NCBI GenBank assembly: GCA_963736655.1
Contig: CAVTPM010000015.1
Location: 1,496,672-1,560,671, forward strand
DNA length: 64,000 nt
Origin: an uncultured Actinomycetota bacterium
GTDB taxonomy: Bacteria > Actinomycetota > Actinomycetes > DATJPE01
Direction: 5' to 3'
A program made the translations under genes and the position numbers. The notes below the pieces were generated by a model, which saw nothing but the letters and a program-made list of their open reading frames with translations, did not search any database and had not been told where the DNA came from. Positions within the stretch are counted from its first letter, which is position 1. Every line of letters starts with the position of its first letter. Of the stretch, positions 17,045 through 29,498 are shown piece after piece.

Positions 17045-17794
17045 TCACCCCAGCACGACGCGGACGGCGACGAGCACCGCAGGGCCTGCCACGGCCAGGG
17101 GAAGGGCGCCGACGGTGGCGGGGGCCCTGCGTGCAGACCGCCCAGCGACCCGTCTGACCTGGGCACCGCTGGTCGCGGCGAGCGCGGCGGCGGCCGCGAT
17201 CGCCCCGCCGGCGTACGGATCCAGTCGCTCGGGACCCATCCACCCGAGGAGCGCGCCCAGCCCGGCGCCGACCAGGACGGCGACCGAGACCGACCAGGTG
17301 GAGGTTCCTGCCGCCGCCACGAGCAGCGTGGCGGCGAGTGCTCCTGCGACTCCCGTGGCCACGACCCAAGGCCCGAGTGAACCGCGGCCGACCACCTGCC
17401 AGCACGGGGCAAGGACCTCGACGACGACGAGCGCCGTCGTGGCGCTCATACCGGCGAGGCGCTCCAGCCCTTCCGCGCCGCTGACGAGCTGCTGGATGAA
17501 GGCCCCGAAGACCCCGGCGGTGGCCACGACGGCCAACCAGCCCACCCGGTGGCTGGGTCCCCCGGCCATCGCCACGGTCCCCGCGATGCCGGTCGCCAGG
17601 CCCACGAGAGAGCCTGCGCGCGCCCCGGGTGCCCGCAGCAGGTCGTGCCAGGCAGAGGCGACCGCGAGCTGCACGAGGACGACCGCTGCCGCCAAGGGAA
17701 CCGGGCCGCCGACAGCACCGGCCACGAGCAGCACGGACCCGATTCCTGTGAGCCCGGCCGCGCCCCCGGGCAGCGACCGCCGGGTGTCAGCCAC
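17045..17794 (-). CDS. Hypothetical multi-pass membrane protein
   Basis: Hydrophobic Ala/Val/Gly-rich ORF overlapping the moaD stop. Confidence 0.65.
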   Translation of the reverse strand: MADTRRSLPGGAAGLTGIGSVLLVAGAVGGPVPLAAAVVLVQLAVASAWHDLLRAPGARAGSLVGLATGIAGTVAMAGGPSHRVGWLAVVATAGVFGAFIQQLVSGAEGLERLAGMSATTALVVVEVLAPCWQVVGRGSLGPWVVATGVAGALAATLLVAAAGTSTWSVSVAVLVGAGLGALLGWMGPERLDPYAGGAIAAAAALAATSGAQVRRVAGRSARRAPATVGALPLAVAGPAVLVAVRVVLG

Positions 17795-18053
17795 CGGCGA
17801 AGGGAGGGAGCACCTCGACGGTCATTCCAGCGACCAGCGGGACCTCGGCCGGGTCCCGATGACCGACGGCGACGCCGTCGACCAGGAGCGACGCCGACGC
17901 GAGCACGCGCGCGAACCGCGCATCGTGTCTGGCACGCACCGCCGCGAGGACCGTGTCGAGACTCCCCTCGGCAGTCGGGAGCCCGACCGCCTCCTCGGAG
18001 ATCCCGGCGGCGCTACGGGCCGCTGCCCAGTAGCGCACGACGACCGCGCTCAT
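17787..18053 (-). CDS. MoaD/ThiS family sulfur carrier
   Basis: VRYWAAARSAAG...VEVLPPFAGG C-terminal diglycine. Confidence 0.9.
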   Translation of the reverse strand: MSAVVVRYWAAARSAAGISEEAVGLPTAEGSLDTVLAAVRARHDARFARVLASASLLVDGVAVGHRDPAEVPLVAGMTVEVLPPFAGG

Positions 18054-18844
18054 CACCGACCCGCCGGACCGGAGAGGCCGACCTGCGCCGAGACCCAGTC
18101 GGCGATCCGTCCCGTCAGGTCGTCGCTGATCGCGTTCTCGGCGTGCTCGAAGCCGTACTCCTCCCACAGCTCGACATGGTCCCCCGCGGCAGCGAGCTGC
18201 CGGGCGTGGTCGAGGGGGAAGTAGTGGTCGACGTCACCGTGCGCGACGAGCATCGGAACGGGGGCCAGGACCGCTGCGGCCACCCTGGGCTCCATGGGCA
18301 GCGGCTCCACCCAGGCCTTCTCCGTGACGCGGGTGCCCAGCAGTCGCCTGGCCGCGGCGCGCCCTGCCCTGCTGCTCACGAGCTGATGGAGGCGACGCAT
18401 CGGCGGGGTCCCCCGGTAGTTCCAGCGAGCCGGACCGCTCACCGAGACCACCGCGTCCACGCCTCCATGCAGTGCCGCGTGCCGGACGACTGCCGAAGCA
18501 CCCATCGAGAACCCCACGGTGGCCACCCGCTCGTAGCCGAGACGGCGCGCCCATCCCACGGCGGCCTCGACATCGAGGGTCTCCAGGTCTCCAAGAGTGG
18601 AGACGCCGCCGCTGGAGCCGTGCCCGCGCATCGAGACCGCCACCACACCCCCGGTGCGCACCAGCACGTCGCCGACCCGACGCAGCGCCTCGCTGTCGTG
18701 CGCTCCCGTGAACCCGTGAAGCACGACGAAGGCCAACCCTCGCGCACCGTCGTCGGCCGGGCGGTGCTCGGCGCTCAGACTCACCCCGTCAGCGGCGAGC
18801 AGGGTCGCCCGCTCAACGTGCTGGTCTGGGGAGTCGGCGGGCAC
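18053..18844 (-). CDS. Alpha/beta hydrolase
   Basis: HGFTG, RGHGSS, GFSMG nucleophile elbow, HGDVD, FEHAE. Confidence 0.88.
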   Translation of the reverse strand: MPADSPDQHVERATLLAADGVSLSAEHRPADDGARGLAFVVLHGFTGAHDSEALRRVGDVLVRTGGVVAVSMRGHGSSGGVSTLGDLETLDVEAAVGWARRLGYERVATVGFSMGASAVVRHAALHGGVDAVVSVSGPARWNYRGTPPMRRLHQLVSSRAGRAAARRLLGTRVTEKAWVEPLPMEPRVAAAVLAPVPMLVAHGDVDHYFPLDHARQLAAAGDHVELWEEYGFEHAENAISDDLTGRIADWVSAQVGLSGPAGR

Positions 18845-18938
18845 GTCGGGTATCCTCCCAGTGGGGACCCGGGCGATGGCGCCTTCGGGTCCTCGCGCGT
18901 TTCGTGCTCGCCGCCGTGCCGTCGCCGAGAGGACCATC

Positions 18939-19703
18939 GTGGCCCGCCTGCTGCTCCTGACCAACGCCGTGGAACCGTCGACCGAGGTGCTGCCTGCCCT
19001 CGGCCTGCTGCTCCACCGGGTCCAGGTCGCACCGGCGGAGGTGGCTGCCCTGCTCGACGCTCCCCCTGCGGACGCCGTGCTCGTCGACGGCCGTCGCGAC
19101 CTCCCGCACATCCGGTCGTTGTGCCGACTTCTGCGCACGACCGGCGTGGACTGCCCCGTGCTCCTGGTCGTCACCGAGGGAGGTCTCGCCGCAGTCACGG
19201 CGGAGTGGGGCGTCGACGACGTCTTGCTCGACTCCTGCGGCCCTGCCGAGGTCGAGGCCCGGTTGCGCCTGGCTCAGGGCAGGCTCGCGGTCGAGGCCAC
19301 CGAGGGAGCGCCCGAGGAGATCCGCAACGGTGACGTCGCCATCGACGAGGCGAGCTACACCGCCAAGGTCAAGGGCCGGGTCCTCGACCTCACCTACAAG
19401 GAGTTCGAGCTCCTCAAGTTCCTGGCCCAGCATCCAGGCCGCGTGTTCACCCGGGCCCAGCTGCTGCAGGAGGTGTGGGGCTACGACTACTTCGGAGGCA
19501 CCCGAACCGTCGACGTGCACGTCCGACGGCTGCGGGCCAAGCTCGGCACCGAGCACGAGTCGGCCATCGGCACGGTCCGAAACGTGGGCTACCGGTTCGT
19601 CGCGCAGACCCCGCTGACCGAGCCGTCAGCCCCGGACGCCGACGTCCTGGCGCTGCCCGTCACGGCGGCTCGAGCAGGCGCCGGATCGGGCAGCACGCAC
19701 TAG
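18939..19703 (+). CDS. glnR: Nitrogen regulator GlnR (orphan OmpR family)
   Basis: [21 protein letters not shown]..., [43 protein letters not shown]. Confidence 0.9.
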   Translation: MARLLLLTNAVEPSTEVLPALGLLLHRVQVAPAEVAALLDAPPADAVLVDGRRDLPHIRSLCRLLRTTGVDCPVLLVVTEGGLAAVTAEWGVDDVLLDSCGPAEVEARLRLAQGRLAVEATEGAPEEIRNGDVAIDEASYTAKVKGRVLDLTYKEFELLKFLAQHPGRVFTRAQLLQEVWGYDYFGGTRTVDVHVRRLRAKLGTEHESAIGTVRNVGYRFVAQTPLTEPSAPDADVLALPVTAARAGAGSGSTH

Positions 19704-19713
19704 TCTCGACCGC

Positions 19714-20712
19714 GTGGAGCCACGGGTCGAGATCGTCGGCCGGCTCGACGCCGGAGAGCTCGAGCGGGTCGCCAGGCTGGTCGAGTCGGCCACCGAGGAA
19801 GACGGTGCCCGCCCGCTGTCCGAGCACGTCACGCTCCACCTGAGGTACGGCGGCGACACCGCAGTCCGCCACGTCCTCGCCTACTCCGGCGACACGCTCG
19901 TCGGCTACGCCCACATCGACCCGACGGACGCCGTCGCAGGGAGCAGCGCGGAGCTGGTGGTCGACCCCGAGCACCGCCGACGAGGAGTCGGGCGCCGGCT
20001 GGTCGTCGAGGTGCTGGCCCTCTCCCCCGACGGGCGGCTCCGCCTGTGGGCCCACGGGGACAGCCCGGGCGCCGGGCTGCTGGCGGAGTCCTTCGGCATG
20101 ACCCGCACCCGCAGTCTCTGGCAGCTGCGCCGTTCGCTCTTCGCCCCACTCCCCCCAGCTCGCCTGCCGGACGGTGTCCACGTACGCACGTTCCTCCCCG
20201 GGCTGGACGACGAGGAGTGGGTCGCGCTCAACGCCCGAGCCTTCGCCGGCCACCCCGAGCAGGGGGCGTGGGACATCGGGGACCTCCACCGCCGGATGAG
20301 CGAGGCGTGGTTCGACCCCGAGGGCTTCTTCCTCGCCGAACGGGCCGGACCCGGGGGCCCGCGCCTGGTCGGCTTCCACTGGACCAAGGTGCACGGGGGG
20401 GAGGCGGACCACGGCCACCCCCACGAGCACGCCCATGCGGACGGCGGGCACGAGCATCCCCACGCGCTCCTCGCAGACGCCGCCAGCCACGGTCACGCCC
20501 CGATCGGCGAGGTCTACGTCGTCGGCGTGGACGCCGGCGAGCAGGGCCACGGGCTCGGCCGGGCACTCACGCTCGTCGGCCTCGCGCACCTGCGGGCCCT
20601 CGGGCTGCCGGACGTGATGCTGTACGTCGACGCGGACAACCTCGCCGCTCTCCGGCTCTACGAGGGCCTGGGTTTCGCCCGCTGGTCCCAAGACGTGATG
20701 TTCGGCACCTGA
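19714..20712 (+). CDS. mshD: Mycothiol synthase (tandem GNAT) with His-rich insert
   Basis: [43 protein letters not shown]. Confidence 0.95.
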   Translation: MEPRVEIVGRLDAGELERVARLVESATEEDGARPLSEHVTLHLRYGGDTAVRHVLAYSGDTLVGYAHIDPTDAVAGSSAELVVDPEHRRRGVGRRLVVEVLALSPDGRLRLWAHGDSPGAGLLAESFGMTRTRSLWQLRRSLFAPLPPARLPDGVHVRTFLPGLDDEEWVALNARAFAGHPEQGAWDIGDLHRRMSEAWFDPEGFFLAERAGPGGPRLVGFHWTKVHGGEADHGHPHEHAHADGGHEHPHALLADAASHGHAPIGEVYVVGVDAGEQGHGLGRALTLVGLAHLRALGLPDVMLYVDADNLAALRLYEGLGFARWSQDVMFGT

Positions 20713-20786
20713 GGGCTCGGTCTTCGCCCGCGTCACCGTTCGGCCATCGGGTCACCCGCTCGGGCGTTCGATGGGAGGATGTCCGG

Positions 20787-22952
20787 ATGAGCGAGGTCGA
20801 GCCGGTCGAGGTCCTGCCAGGGCACCCCGCCGTTCTGGCCGACGTGCCGGCCGCCGTCGGTGAGCCCGTGGATGAGCCGGCCGAGCTGCTCCCCCTCCCC
20901 GACGACCGCTTCTCCGATCGCGAGCTCTCCTGGCTGGCGTTCAACCAGCGAGTGCTGGAGCTGGCCGAGGACCCAGACCTGCCCTTGCTCGCCAGGACCC
21001 GGTTCCTCGCCATCTTCGCGAGCAACCTCGACGAGTTCTTCATGGTGCGCGTCGCGGGCCTCAAACGCCGGATGGCGACCGGAATCGCCGTACGAGCCGC
21101 GAGCGGGCTGATGCCGGGTGAGGTGCTCGACGGACTGTGGGAGCGCACTCGCGACCTGATGCTGCGCCAGGTGCGCTGCTTCCACGAGGAGATCCTCCCG
21201 GCCCTGTCGAAGGAGGGCATCGACCTGCTCCGGTGGGACGAGCTCGACGACGACGACCGCGCGAGGATGGCTGAGGTCTTCCAGGAGCGCATCTTCCCCG
21301 TGCTCACCCCGCTGGCCGTCGACCCGGCGCATCCCTTTCCGTACATCTCGGGGCTCTCGCTCAACCTCGCGGTCGTCGTGCGCAACCCGACCACCGGCGT
21401 CCAGCACTTCGCCCGTGTGAAGGTCCCGCAGCTGCTCGGGCGATTCGCGCAGGTGAGCCCCATGCGCTTCGTCCCCCTCGAGGACGTCATCGCCGCCCAC
21501 CTCGACGACCTGTTCCCCGGCATGGAGGTGCTCCAGAGCCACGGCTTCCGGGTCACCCGCAACGAGGACCTGGAGGTCGAGGAGGACGACGCGGAGAACC
21601 TGCTGATGGCCCTCGAGAAGGAGCTCATGCGGCGCAAGTTCGGGCCACCGGTGCGCCTCGAGGTCGAGAACACGATCGACCCGCGGGTGCTCGAGCTGCT
21701 CGTCCGCGAGCTCGGCATCGAGGAGCAGGAGGTCGTGGCCATCCCGGGACCGCTCGATCTCACGGGTCTGATGGCGGTCTCGTCGGTCGACCGGCCGGAG
21801 CTCGACTACCCGGCCTTCGTCCCGCGGCGTCATCCCGATCTCTCCGAGGTCGAGAGCGCCGACGAGGTGGACATCCTCGGCGCCCTGCGCCAGCGCGACG
21901 TTCTCCTCCACCACCCGTACGACTCGTTCTCGACGAGCGTCCAGGCCTTTCTCGAGCAGGCCGCCGCCGACCCCCACGTCCTCGCGATCAAGCAGACGCT
22001 CTATCGCACCAGCGGTGACTCACCGATCGTCGACGCCCTCATCGAGGCTGCCGAGGCCGGCAAGCAGGTGCTGGTCCTGGTCGAGATCAAGGCGAGGTTC
22101 GACGAGCAGGCCAACATCAAGCGGGCCCGCAAGCTCGAGCAGGCAGGCTGCCATGTCGTCTACGGGCTCGTGGGACTGAAGACGCACTGCAAGCTCTCCC
22201 TCGTCGTCCGCCAGGAGGGCGACCGCATCCGTCGCTACACCCACATCGGCACGGGGAACTACCACCCGCGCACCGCCCGGATGTACGAGGACCTCGGGCT
22301 GCTCACCGCCGACCCTGCCGTCGGCGAGGACGTGAGCAACCTCTTCAACGTGCTGTCCGGCTACTCGATGAACACGAACTACTCGCGCCTGCTCGTCGCG
22401 CCGCACTCGGTCCGCTCCGGCCTGGTCGAGCGGATCGACGCGGAGGTCGACCACCACCGGGCCGGTCGGCCGGCAGCGATCCGGATCAAGCTCAACTCCC
22501 TCGTCGACGAGGGCATCATCGATGCCTTGTACCGCGCGTCTGCGGCTGGAGTCCCCGTCGACGTCTGGGTCCGCGGGATCTGCGCCCTGCGCGCCGGGGT
22601 CCCGGGGCTGTCGGAGACCATCCGGGTCCGCAGCATCCTCGGTCGGTTCCTCGAGCACTCGCGGGTCTTCTCCTTCGCCAACGGGGGCGACCCGCAGGTG
22701 TGGATCGGCAGCGCCGACCTCATGCACCGCAACCTCGACCGGCGCGTGGAGGCGCTGGTCCGGCTCGACGACCACGAGCACGTCGCTGAGGTCGAGGACC
22801 TTCTCGACCTCGGGTTCGACGAGAGCACCGCGTCGTGGCACCTCGGCCCGGACGACACCTGGGAACGCCACGTCCGGGCGGCCGACGGCGCCCCCTTGCG
22901 CGACATCCAGAGCCACATGATCGCCACCAAGCAGCGTCGGCCGGGGGGTTGA
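20787..22952 (+). CDS. ppk1: Polyphosphate kinase 1
   Basis: [59 protein letters not shown]. Confidence 0.97.
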   Translation: MSEVEPVEVLPGHPAVLADVPAAVGEPVDEPAELLPLPDDRFSDRELSWLAFNQRVLELAEDPDLPLLARTRFLAIFASNLDEFFMVRVAGLKRRMATGIAVRAASGLMPGEVLDGLWERTRDLMLRQVRCFHEEILPALSKEGIDLLRWDELDDDDRARMAEVFQERIFPVLTPLAVDPAHPFPYISGLSLNLAVVVRNPTTGVQHFARVKVPQLLGRFAQVSPMRFVPLEDVIAAHLDDLFPGMEVLQSHGFRVTRNEDLEVEEDDAENLLMALEKELMRRKFGPPVRLEVENTIDPRVLELLVRELGIEEQEVVAIPGPLDLTGLMAVSSVDRPELDYPAFVPRRHPDLSEVESADEVDILGALRQRDVLLHHPYDSFSTSVQAFLEQAAADPHVLAIKQTLYRTSGDSPIVDALIEAAEAGKQVLVLVEIKARFDEQANIKRARKLEQAGCHVVYGLVGLKTHCKLSLVVRQEGDRIRRYTHIGTGNYHPRTARMYEDLGLLTADPAVGEDVSNLFNVLSGYSMNTNYSRLLVAPHSVRSGLVERIDAEVDHHRAGRPAAIRIKLNSLVDEGIIDALYRASAAGVPVDVWVRGICALRAGVPGLSETIRVRSILGRFLEHSRVFSFANGGDPQVWIGSADLMHRNLDRRVEALVRLDDHEHVAEVEDLLDLGFDESTASWHLGPDDTWERHVRAADGAPLRDIQSHMIATKQRRPGG

Positions 22953-24526
22953 CCTCGGTGGCCGACTCGGGGGCGGTTGACGACCGGAGGCCGACCCGCT
23001 CGGTCGAGGTGGAACGCAAGTTCCGGGTCCACGGCCTGTTCCGCCTGCCCGAGATCTCGCTGGCCGACGGAGGCGGGCTCGGCGACGGGACGGTGACCGT
23101 CCTCACGGCGGCCTACCTCGACACCGACGACCTGCGGCTGGCTCGGTCGCGCGTGACCTTGCGCCGACGCGAAGGTGGCTCGGACGAGGGCTGGCACCTG
23201 AAGCTGCCCCTGCGCGCGGAGACCCGGGAGGAGCTCACGGTTCCGCTGGACCGGGGCACGACGGCCGTGCCGCCTCAGGAGCTGTCCGACCTGGTTCTCT
23301 CACTCACGCGTTCGGCCCCGCTCGAGAACGTGGCCACGCTCCGAACCGAGCGAACGACGTACCCGGTCCTCGACGCCTCGGGCGTGCTGCTGGCCTCGCT
23401 GACCGACGACTCGGTGTCGGTGCTCGACGGCCACCGCACCGTCGCACAGTTCCGTGAGATCGAGGTGGAGCTCGTCGGCGGCGACGACGCCGTGCTGGAC
23501 GAGGTCGGAGAGGTCCTCACCGGGGCGGGCGCGCTCCCCGGAGGGACCGTCTCGAAGGTGGGACGGGCCCTGGGCCCGCTGGCCACGGCCGACCCCGACG
23601 TACCCGAGCCCGGCGAGGTCACCCCCGGTGATCCCGCCCGGATGGCTGTCCAAGCACATCTCGCGCGCAACACCCGTGCGCTCCTGGCCCATGACGTAGG
23701 GGTTCGCCGCGACAAGCCCGACTCCGTGCACCAGATGCGCGTCGCTGCCCGTCGGCTCCGCAGCGGGCTGAAGGTGTTCGAGCCCCTGCTCGACCCGACG
23801 GTGACCCGACCGCTGCGAGCGGAGCTCGCCTGGCTGGCAGGGGTGCTCGGCGAGGTGCGGGACCGTGAGGTGCTCCGCGACCGGCTGCTTCGCGACCTCG
23901 ACAGGATCAGCACCGACCCCGCGATCGAGGTCGAGACGACCGCTGCGCGGCGGCTCGTGCGCTCGTCCATGACCACGGGCATGACCGGCGCGCGAGCCAC
24001 GGTCCTCGACGCACTCCGGTCGCAGCGCTATCTCGCACTGCTCGACGACCTCGTCAGCACGTGCGCCGACCCGCCCGTCGTCGCGGCCGCCGACCAGCCC
24101 TGTTCGGAGGCACTCCCGCCGCTGGTCCGCAGGTCCTGGCGCCGACTGGCCCGCGACGTCGAGGCACTGCGCGCCGACGGCCCGGACGCCGAGTGGCACG
24201 AGACAAGGATCGCGGCCAAGCGCGCGCGTTACGCCTGCGAGGCCGTGGAGCCGGTGTTCGGCAAACCGGCGAGACGGCTGGCCGCGCGCGTCGAGCTCGT
24301 CACCGAGCTGCTCGGCGAGCACCAGGACGCCGCGCTTGCCGCTGACACGGTGCGCAGTCTCGCGAGCCGCAAGCAGCTCGCCGGCTCCACGGGGTTCGCT
24401 CTCGGCATCCTGCACTCGCTCCAGCGCGAGGCCGTCGACGCCTCCCGCGACGAGCTCGTCCGCATCTGGCCCGAGGTCTCCCGTCGTCATTGGCGGGTCT
24501 GGCTACGCCCGCAGAGGGGCCGATGA
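22949..24526 (+). CDS. CYTH + CHAD domain protein (polyphosphate-associated)
   Basis: [28 protein letters not shown]; [33 protein letters not shown]. Confidence 0.9.
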   Translation: MTSVADSGAVDDRRPTRSVEVERKFRVHGLFRLPEISLADGGGLGDGTVTVLTAAYLDTDDLRLARSRVTLRRREGGSDEGWHLKLPLRAETREELTVPLDRGTTAVPPQELSDLVLSLTRSAPLENVATLRTERTTYPVLDASGVLLASLTDDSVSVLDGHRTVAQFREIEVELVGGDDAVLDEVGEVLTGAGALPGGTVSKVGRALGPLATADPDVPEPGEVTPGDPARMAVQAHLARNTRALLAHDVGVRRDKPDSVHQMRVAARRLRSGLKVFEPLLDPTVTRPLRAELAWLAGVLGEVRDREVLRDRLLRDLDRISTDPAIEVETTAARRLVRSSMTTGMTGARATVLDALRSQRYLALLDDLVSTCADPPVVAAADQPCSEALPPLVRRSWRRLARDVEALRADGPDAEWHETRIAAKRARYACEAVEPVFGKPARRLAARVELVTELLGEHQDAALAADTVRSLASRKQLAGSTGFALGILHSLQREAVDASRDELVRIWPEVSRRHWRVWLRPQRGR

Positions 24527-25427
24527 GCAGCCAGCCGACGATCCGGGCCGCTGGCTGCTTGCTCTGGCGCCGCACCGAGGCAGGGACCGTCGAGGTAGCC
24601 CTGGTACATCGGCTGCGCTACGACGACTGGACCCTTCCCAAAGGCAAGCTCGAGGAGGGTGAAGCGTGGCCGACAGCGGCGGTGCGCGAGGTCGCGGAGG
24701 AGACCGGGTTCGACGTCGTCCTCGGACCTCCCCTCCCCACCCAGGCCTACGAGGTGGACGGTATGCCGAAAGAGGTGCACTACTGGTCAGCGGAAGTGAC
24801 CACCGGCGGCTTCGTCCCCAACCTCGAGGTTGACGCAGTCCGCTGGCTCACCCCCGGCGAGGCGCGAGCGACGCTCAGCTATGCCCATGATGCGGAGGTG
24901 CTCGCCGCCTTCGAGGACCTCACCGCCGCCCTCGACGGGTCCCCGCCGGACACCCTGGTCGTCCTGAGGCACGCGCGCGCGACGAAGCGGGCTGCGTGGG
25001 ACGGACACGACCGCGATCGCCCGCTCGACGACCGCGGCGCGGAGGACGCCACTCGCGCTGATACCCGTGCTGGCCGCATACGGAGTCACCGAGGTGCACT
25101 CGTCCGACACGACGCGCTGCCAGGACACGGTGGCGCCCTACGCGACCGCCACGAATCTCGACATCGTCGCCGAGCCAGCGGTGTCAGAGCACGGGCATCG
25201 CACCAAGCCCACGGCGGCCGCCCGTCGGATCCGCAAGCTCCTCCAGCTGGGGAGCCGGGCGCCTCGTGCTGTGCTCCCACCGGCCGGTGCTCCCTGCTTT
25301 GCTCAAGGCCGCGATCGGGTCCCGTGAGGCCAAGTCGGTGATCGGGGAAGGGCTCCCTCCTGGGGCCATGGTGGTCATCCACCACGTCCACGGCGAGGTA
25401 CTCGCCGTCGAGCGCCACGACCCCTGA
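24523..25427 (+). CDS. NUDIX + histidine-phosphatase protein, MutT1-like (frameshifts near 25060 and 25260)
   Basis: HRLRYDDWTLPKGK...AVREVAEETG; LRHARA, RPLD, SSDTTRC. Confidence 0.85.
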
Positions 25428-25450
25428 CCTGCTGATCGATCGGTGGACGA

Positions 25451-25494
25451 CGGCACCAAGTCATGACCGGGCGTTCACCTGGCGTGCACCGAGG
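25451..25494 (+). promoter_or_regulatory. PHO box upstream of pstS
   Basis: GTTCACC 25473 and GTGCACC 25484, plus weaker CGGCACC 25451 and CATGACC 25462, all 11 nt apart. Confidence 0.75.
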
Positions 25495-25591
25495 CCAACC
25501 GATCCGGACACCTCGGCCCTCTACGGTCCACCGACGTACGCACGTGACGCGGCCGGTCGGACCGGCCCGACAGAGAGGTCCAACCACAGTG

Positions 25592-26556
25592 ATGCGCACT
25601 TCCCTGCGCCGAGGAGCCCCCGTCGCGATGGCGCTGGCCGTCGCCCTCGGACTCGCGGCTTGCGGCGGCTCCAGCGCCGGTTCCAGCGGTGACGACGGGT
25701 CCGGCCTTTCCGGCGCGGTACGCGTCGACGGCTCGAGCACCGTCGCCCCCATGAGCACCGTTGCGGCCGAGCTCTTCCAGGAGGCGAACCCCGACGTCCA
25801 GGTGACGGTCGGCACGTCCGGGACCGGCGGCGGTTTCGAGAAGTTCTGCAACGGCGAGACCGACATCAACGACGCCTCCCGTGAGATCAAGGACGAAGAA
25901 GGTGCCGCCTGTGAGGCGAAGGGCATCACCTACACGGCGCTGGAGATCGCGCTCGACGCTCTCACGGTGGTCGTCAACAAGGAGAACACCTGGGCGACCT
26001 GCCTGACCACCGAGCAGCTCGGCAAGATCTGGGCGCCGGACTCCACGGTCGACAACTGGAACCAGGTCGACCCGTCCTTCCCCGACGAGAAGCTCACGCT
26101 CTTCGGTCCGGGCACCGACTCGGGAACCTTCGACTACTTCACCGACGCGATCAACGGTGAAGAAGGCGCCTCCCGCACGGACTACAGCCCGTCAGAGGAC
26201 GACAACGTCACCGTGCAGGGCGTCGAGGGCAGCAAGGGCGGCTGGGCTACTTCGGCTTCACCTACTACGAGGAGAACGCCGACAATCTCACTGCCGTCCA
26301 GATCGATGACGGAGCCGGCTGCGTGGCGCCCAGCGCCGCGGCCGCCCAGGACGGCACGTACACCCCGCTGTCTCGGCCGCTGTTCATCTACCCGAGCGGC
26401 ACGGCCATCAAGCAGGCTCAGGTGAACGCCTTCGTGCAGTACTACGTGGACAACAACGCTCAGATCGCCGAGGAGGGCCTGTTCATCCCCCTCAACGCCG
26501 ATCAGGTGGCCGAGCTCAAGTCCACCTGGAGCACCTTCCAGGCCGCGAACGGCTGA
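25592..26556 (+). CDS. pstS: Phosphate ABC transporter substrate-binding lipoprotein (frameshift near 26243)
   Basis: Lipobox LAAC, DGSSTV, SGTGGGF, DSGTFDYF, YTPLSRPLFIY. Confidence 0.93.
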
Positions 26557-26558
26557 CC

Positions 26559-27509
26559 TTGAGCACCACAGCGACGACCGAGACTGCCGCAGGAAATTCC
26601 CTGCGGCAGTCTCGGCGTCGCCCGTTCGAGGCGGTCATCAAGGTCGGGCTGATCGCGGCGGCCCTGGTGGCCGTCGTCACCACCGCCCTGATCTTCTTGT
26701 CGTTCCTCCAGCCCACCTGGGAGTTCTTCCAGCTCGTCTCGCCCAAGGAGTTCCTGACCGGGGTCGACTGGGCACCGACCTTCAAGCCCGCGTCCTACGG
26801 GGTTCTCCCGCTGGTCACGGCGACCCTGCTCATCTCGACGATCGCCCTGCTCGTGGCGATGCCGCTCGGGCTCGCGTCGGCCCTCTATCTCAGCGAGTAC
26901 GCCTACGGGCGCGTCCGCAAGACCGTCAAGCCGGTCCTGGAGATCCTCGCCGGGATCCCCACCGTGGTCTTCGGGTTCTTCGCCCTCTCGTTCATCACTC
27001 CCGCCCTGCGCTGGCTGCTCTCGCCCCTCTTCGACGGCGAGCTGCCTGAGGTCTTCAACGCGCTGTCGGCCGGGATCGTCATGGGCATCATGATCGTCCC
27101 GACGATCGCCTCGCTCTCCGAGGACGCGATGGCAGCGGTGCCGAACGCCCTGCGTAGCGGGGCCTACGCCTTGGGGAGCACGAAGCGGCAGGTGAGCACC
27201 AAGGTCGTCATCCCCGCCGCTCTGAGCGGCATCGTCGCCGCGTTCGTGCTCGGGATCTCCCGTGCCGTCGGCGAAACCATGATCGTCGCTCTCGCCGCCG
27301 GGAACCGCCCCAATCTGTCGTGGAACCCGCTCGAGGGGATGCAGACCATGACCGGCTTCATCGCGCAGATCGCGGGAGGCGACGCCTCCACCGGCTCGAT
27401 CGCCTACGACACGATCTTCGCCGTCGGCCTGCTCCTGTTCCTCGCGACCCTGGCCATGAACATCGTCTCCATCCGCTTGGTCCGCCGCTACCGCGAGGTG
27501 TACGAGTGA
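26559..27509 (+). CDS. pstC: Phosphate ABC permease
   Basis: LEILAGIPTVVFG, SRAVGETM. Confidence 0.95.
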   Translation: MSTTATTETAAGNSLRQSRRRPFEAVIKVGLIAAALVAVVTTALIFLSFLQPTWEFFQLVSPKEFLTGVDWAPTFKPASYGVLPLVTATLLISTIALLVAMPLGLASALYLSEYAYGRVRKTVKPVLEILAGIPTVVFGFFALSFITPALRWLLSPLFDGELPEVFNALSAGIVMGIMIVPTIASLSEDAMAAVPNALRSGAYALGSTKRQVSTKVVIPAALSGIVAAFVLGISRAVGETMIVALAAGNRPNLSWNPLEGMQTMTGFIAQIAGGDASTGSIAYDTIFAVGLLLFLATLAMNIVSIRLVRRYREVYE

Positions 27510-28408
27510 GCACCACGACGCAGAGCCGACCGGCACCGATGCGCGACGTGAGCCTCAAGGGCCGGGGTGAGCCGTTCGGCGACAAGGTCTTCCGCGCGCT
27601 GCTTCTGGCATCCCTCGTCGTGTCGATGGTCTTCCTCATCGCCTTGTTGACGTTCCTCATCGTCAAGGGCTGGACCCGCCTCGACTCGCGGATCTGGACC
27701 AACATGCCGACGCTGCGGCGGCCAGAGCTCGCCGGTGCGCAGTCCGCGATCACGGGCACGATCTGGGTGATCACGACGGCCGCGCTCATCACCATCCCCA
27801 CCGGGATCTCGGCCGCGATCTACCTGGAGGAGTACGCAGACACGACCAAGCGCATCAACCGGATCATCGAGGTCAGCATCCAGAACCTCGCTGCGGTCCC
27901 CTCGATCGTGTTCGGCATCCTCGGGCTGGCGTTCATCGTCCGCTATCTGGGACTCGGCTTCTCCGTGATCTCGGCCGCCCTCACGCTGAGCCTGCTCATC
28001 CTGCCGACCGTCATCATCGCCACGCGTGAGGCGCTACGCGCAGTGCCACAGTCGATCCGCTTCGGCTCTCTAGCGCTCGGAGCCACCCAGTGGCAGACGA
28101 TCTGGCGCCAGGTCCTACCAGCGGCCATCCCCGGGATCGCGACGGGTCAGATCCTCGCCCTCTCCCGGGCCATCGGGGAGGCGGCACCCTTACTCCTCCT
28201 CGGCGCCGTAACCTACGTGAACTTCAACCCGACCGGCCTGGACTCCTCCTACACCGTCCTGCCGATCCAGATCTACAACTGGATCGGTCAGCCCAAGGAG
28301 GAATTCCAGCAGCTGGCCGCGGCAACGATCGTCTTCCTGCTCGTCCTGCTGCTGGCGATGAACTCCGTGGCGATCTTCATCCGGAATCGCTACCAGAAGC
28401 GTCTTTGA
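27506..28408 (+). CDS. pstA: Phosphate ABC permease
   Basis: AIYLEEY, NLAAVPSIVFG, SRAIGEAAP. Confidence 0.95.
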   Translation: MSTTTQSRPAPMRDVSLKGRGEPFGDKVFRALLLASLVVSMVFLIALLTFLIVKGWTRLDSRIWTNMPTLRRPELAGAQSAITGTIWVITTAALITIPTGISAAIYLEEYADTTKRINRIIEVSIQNLAAVPSIVFGILGLAFIVRYLGLGFSVISAALTLSLLILPTVIIATREALRAVPQSIRFGSLALGATQWQTIWRQVLPAAIPGIATGQILALSRAIGEAAPLLLLGAVTYVNFNPTGLDSSYTVLPIQIYNWIGQPKEEFQQLAAATIVFLLVLLLAMNSVAIFIRNRYQKRL

Positions 28409-28426
28409 GCGAGGAAACGCGTCATC

Positions 28427-29350
28427 ATGAGTGAGAGCACCGCGACCCGACGACCCGACCAGGCTGGAGCCATGACCGAGACGCCCGCCACGCCGCCGAG
28501 TGACGCCCAGACGCCGCTCGGTGCGCCGCGCCCGGAGCTCACGGACGAGCACGCGGAGCGACTTGCGCACTACCAGCCCGTCATCGAGGTGCGCGACCTG
28601 CACGTGTTCTACGGCACGTTCGACGCCGTGCGTGACGTCAACGTCTCCTTCGGAGCGAACCAGATCAGCGCGCTGATCGGCCCCTCGGGCTGCGGCAAGA
28701 GCACCGTCCTGCGCTGCTTCAACCGCACGAACGACCTCGTGGCCGGTGCGCGGGTCCAGGGCACGATCACCTACCACGGCCAGGACCTCTACGGGCCTGA
28801 GGTCGACCCCATCGAGGTGCGGCGCCGGGTCGGGATGGTCTTCCAGAAGCCCAACCCCTTCCCCAAGTCGATCTACGACAACATCGCGTACGGCCCCCGG
28901 GTCAACAAGATGAAGGTCGACAGCATGGACGACCTCGTCCAGGAGGCGCTCGAGGGCGCCGCGCTGTGGGACGAGGTGAAGGACCAGCTCGGCAAGAGCG
29001 CGCTCGCACTCTCCGGCGGTCAGCAGCAACGGCTGTGCATCGCCCGCTGCATCGCGGTGCGGCCGGACGTGATCCTCATGGACGAGCCGTGCGCCTCGCT
29101 CGACCCCCTGGCCACGGCCAAGATCGAGGACCTCATGCAGCAGCTGGCGACGGACTACACGATCATCATCGTCACCCACAACATGCAGCAGGCAGCCCGC
29201 GTGTCGGACCGCACCTCGTTCTTCACGGCCGAGCTCGACGACCAGGGTGTCCGCTACGGGCGCCTCATCGAGAGCGACCTCACGAGCCGGATCTTCACCA
29301 ACCCCAGCGACCAGCGCACCGAGGACTACATCTCCGGCCGCTTCGGCTGA
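28427..29350 (+). CDS. pstB: Phosphate ABC ATPase
   Basis: [35 protein letters not shown]. Confidence 0.97.
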   Translation: MSESTATRRPDQAGAMTETPATPPSDAQTPLGAPRPELTDEHAERLAHYQPVIEVRDLHVFYGTFDAVRDVNVSFGANQISALIGPSGCGKSTVLRCFNRTNDLVAGARVQGTITYHGQDLYGPEVDPIEVRRRVGMVFQKPNPFPKSIYDNIAYGPRVNKMKVDSMDDLVQEALEGAALWDEVKDQLGKSALALSGGQQQRLCIARCIAVRPDVILMDEPCASLDPLATAKIEDLMQQLATDYTIIIVTHNMQQAARVSDRTSFFTAELDDQGVRYGRLIESDLTSRIFTNPSDQRTEDYISGRFG

Positions 29351-29498
29351 GCCACAGCGCGGATCAGCCGCTGTCGTTGACCGGTCAGACCTCGAGGTCG
29401 TCGTTCGTCGTGGTCAGGGCCAGGTCGTACGATGCCCCCGTGCCGACCAGGTCCAGGCCCACCGAGAGCGACCGCGGCTGCCCAGCAGAGGGGCCAGC

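Noticed and set aside
20720-20770. PHO box upstream of ppk1
   Set aside because: GTCACC-like words are present but not in consistent 11-nt phase.
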